Shown here: positions 31,180 through 32,000 of the stretch, piece after piece
How positions within the stretch are numbered: the stretch's first letter is position 1
How the letters are laid out: each line of letters opens with the position of its first letter
Source of the DNA: Schaalia odontolytica
GTDB lineage: Bacteria > Actinomycetota > Actinomycetes > Actinomycetales > Actinomycetaceae
Reading direction: 5' to 3'
Length of the DNA: 32,000 nt
Assembly: GCF_005696695.1 (NCBI RefSeq)
Contig: NZ_CP040006.1
Span: 570,001-602,000, forward strand
Made by a program: the position numbers and the translations under genes
The notes under the pieces: model-generated
The model's input: only the letters and a program-made list of their open reading frames with translations
Told to the model about the DNA's origin: nothing
Databases searched by the model: none

Positions 31180-32000
31180 GTGCTAGAGCTCAAGGAGATC
31201 GTCAAGGCCTATCAGACCGCCAACCTCGTGCAGGTGGCGCTCAACAAGGTCTCCGTGGCGTTCCGAGACAACGAGTTTGTGGCCGTGCTGGGCCAGTCAG
31301 GCTCCGGCAAGACGACGATGCTCAACGTCATCGGCGGCCTCGACCGCTTCCAGAGCGGCGACCTCGTCATCGACGGCATTTCGACGAAGGACTACAAGGC
31401 CCGCGACTGGGACGCCTACCGCAACAACCGCATCGGCTTCGTCTTCCAGGCCTACAACCTGATCCCGCACCAGAGTGTCCTGGCCAACGTCGAGCTGGCC
31501 CTGACCCTGTCGGGCGTCTCGCGCTCCGAGCGTCGCAAGCGCGCCCTTGACGCTCTTGAACGTGTCGGCCTGAAGGACCACGTCAACAAGAAGCCCTCGC
31601 AGATGTCGGGTGGCCAGATGCAGCGCGTCGCCATCGCGCGAGCCCTCATCAATGACCCCGAGATCCTGCTGGCCGACGAGCCCACCGGCGCCCTCGACTC
31701 CAAGACGAGCGTGCAGGTCATGGACCTGCTGCGAGATGTGGCCCGCGACCGCCTCGTCATCATGGTGACGCATAACCCCGAGCTGGCCCACGAGTACGCG
31801 ACCCGCATCGTTGAGCTGGCCGACGGCTGCATCGTCGCCGACTCTGATCCTTTCGTGCCCACCGCGCAAGACCGGCGCGAAGCCAAGCCCGCGCGCCGCA
31901 CCTCGATGGGCTTTTTGACGGCCCTGTCGCTGTCGGCCAACAACCTGATGACGAAGAAGGGACGCACCCTCATGACCTCCTTCGCGGGGTCCATCGGCAT
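31180..32000 (+). CDS. ABC transporter, MacB/FtsE-type ATPase fused to an FtsX-like permease, 3'-truncated by the window edge
   Basis: Absent from the ORF track (GTG start, runs off the end). My translation: VLELKEIVKAYQ...GQSGSGKTT (Walker A), SGGQMQRVAIARAL (signature), LLADEPTGALD (Walker B), then RRTSMGFLTALSLSANNLMTKKGRTLMTSFAGSIG (FtsX N-terminal helix). GAGGA lies 6 nt upstream, and an in-frame TGA lies at 31174-31176. Confidence 0.85.
   Translation, partial: MLELKEIVKAYQTANLVQVALNKVSVAFRDNEFVAVLGQSGSGKTTMLNVIGGLDRFQSGDLVIDGISTKDYKARDWDAYRNNRIGFVFQAYNLIPHQSVLANVELALTLSGVSRSERRKRALDALERVGLKDHVNKKPSQMSGGQMQRVAIARALINDPEILLADEPTGALDSKTSVQVMDLLRDVARDRLVIMVTHNPELAHEYATRIVELADGCIVADSDPFVPTAQDRREAKPARRTSMGFLTALSLSANNLMTKKGRTLMTSFAGSIG

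Noticed and set aside
1-32000. Checked all intergenic gaps by eye for tRNA/rRNA-like sequence, CRISPR-type regularly spaced repeats, transposase or integrase genes and riboswitch-like leaders.
   Set aside because: I recognised none. The gaps are short (mostly under 250 bp) and are accounted for by promoters, hairpins or the relE remnant. Small ncRNAs cannot be excluded without covariance-model searches.

Overview
High-GC (about 68% in housekeeping stretches) actinobacterial chromosome segment; gene content suggests Actinomycetaceae, which I cannot verify. The backbone carries purH (5'-truncated), bioY, guaA, a ferrochelatase-HemQ fusion, arfB, ogt, a protoglobin, a CPA1 Na+/H+ antiporter, a UDG-family glycosylase and two ABC systems. 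Several visibly AT-shifted accessory patches interrupt it. (i) A ~4-kb islet directly 3' of guaA holds two paralogous unknown membrane proteins, phd-doc, an acidic DUF2262-like protein and a methyltransferase. (ii) A single orphan ~790-aa gene (18.3-20.6 kb) has a glycine-zipper membrane module, a coiled-coil tail and a structured leader built from a three-copy motif. This is my best candidate for something undescribed. (iii) dinJ-yafQ and phd/yefM-relE modules bracket two metabolic genes, and a decayed relE tail lies near 9.2 kb. Non-coding signals include twin GTTAAC-N3-GTTAAC operators on a reconstructable promoter of a drrAB-like/TetR operon. There are also four 11-bp-phased TCAG(GGG) repeats upstream of a fused ATPase-FtsX transporter. 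A family of near-identical GC-rich terminator hairpins shares one arm. I saw no rRNA, tRNA, CRISPR array, transposase or integrase. Many long ORFs in the track are antisense or frame artefacts of high GC, and several real genes start downstream of the listed ORF start. All calls rest on reading the sequence and on remembered family motifs; no searches were run.
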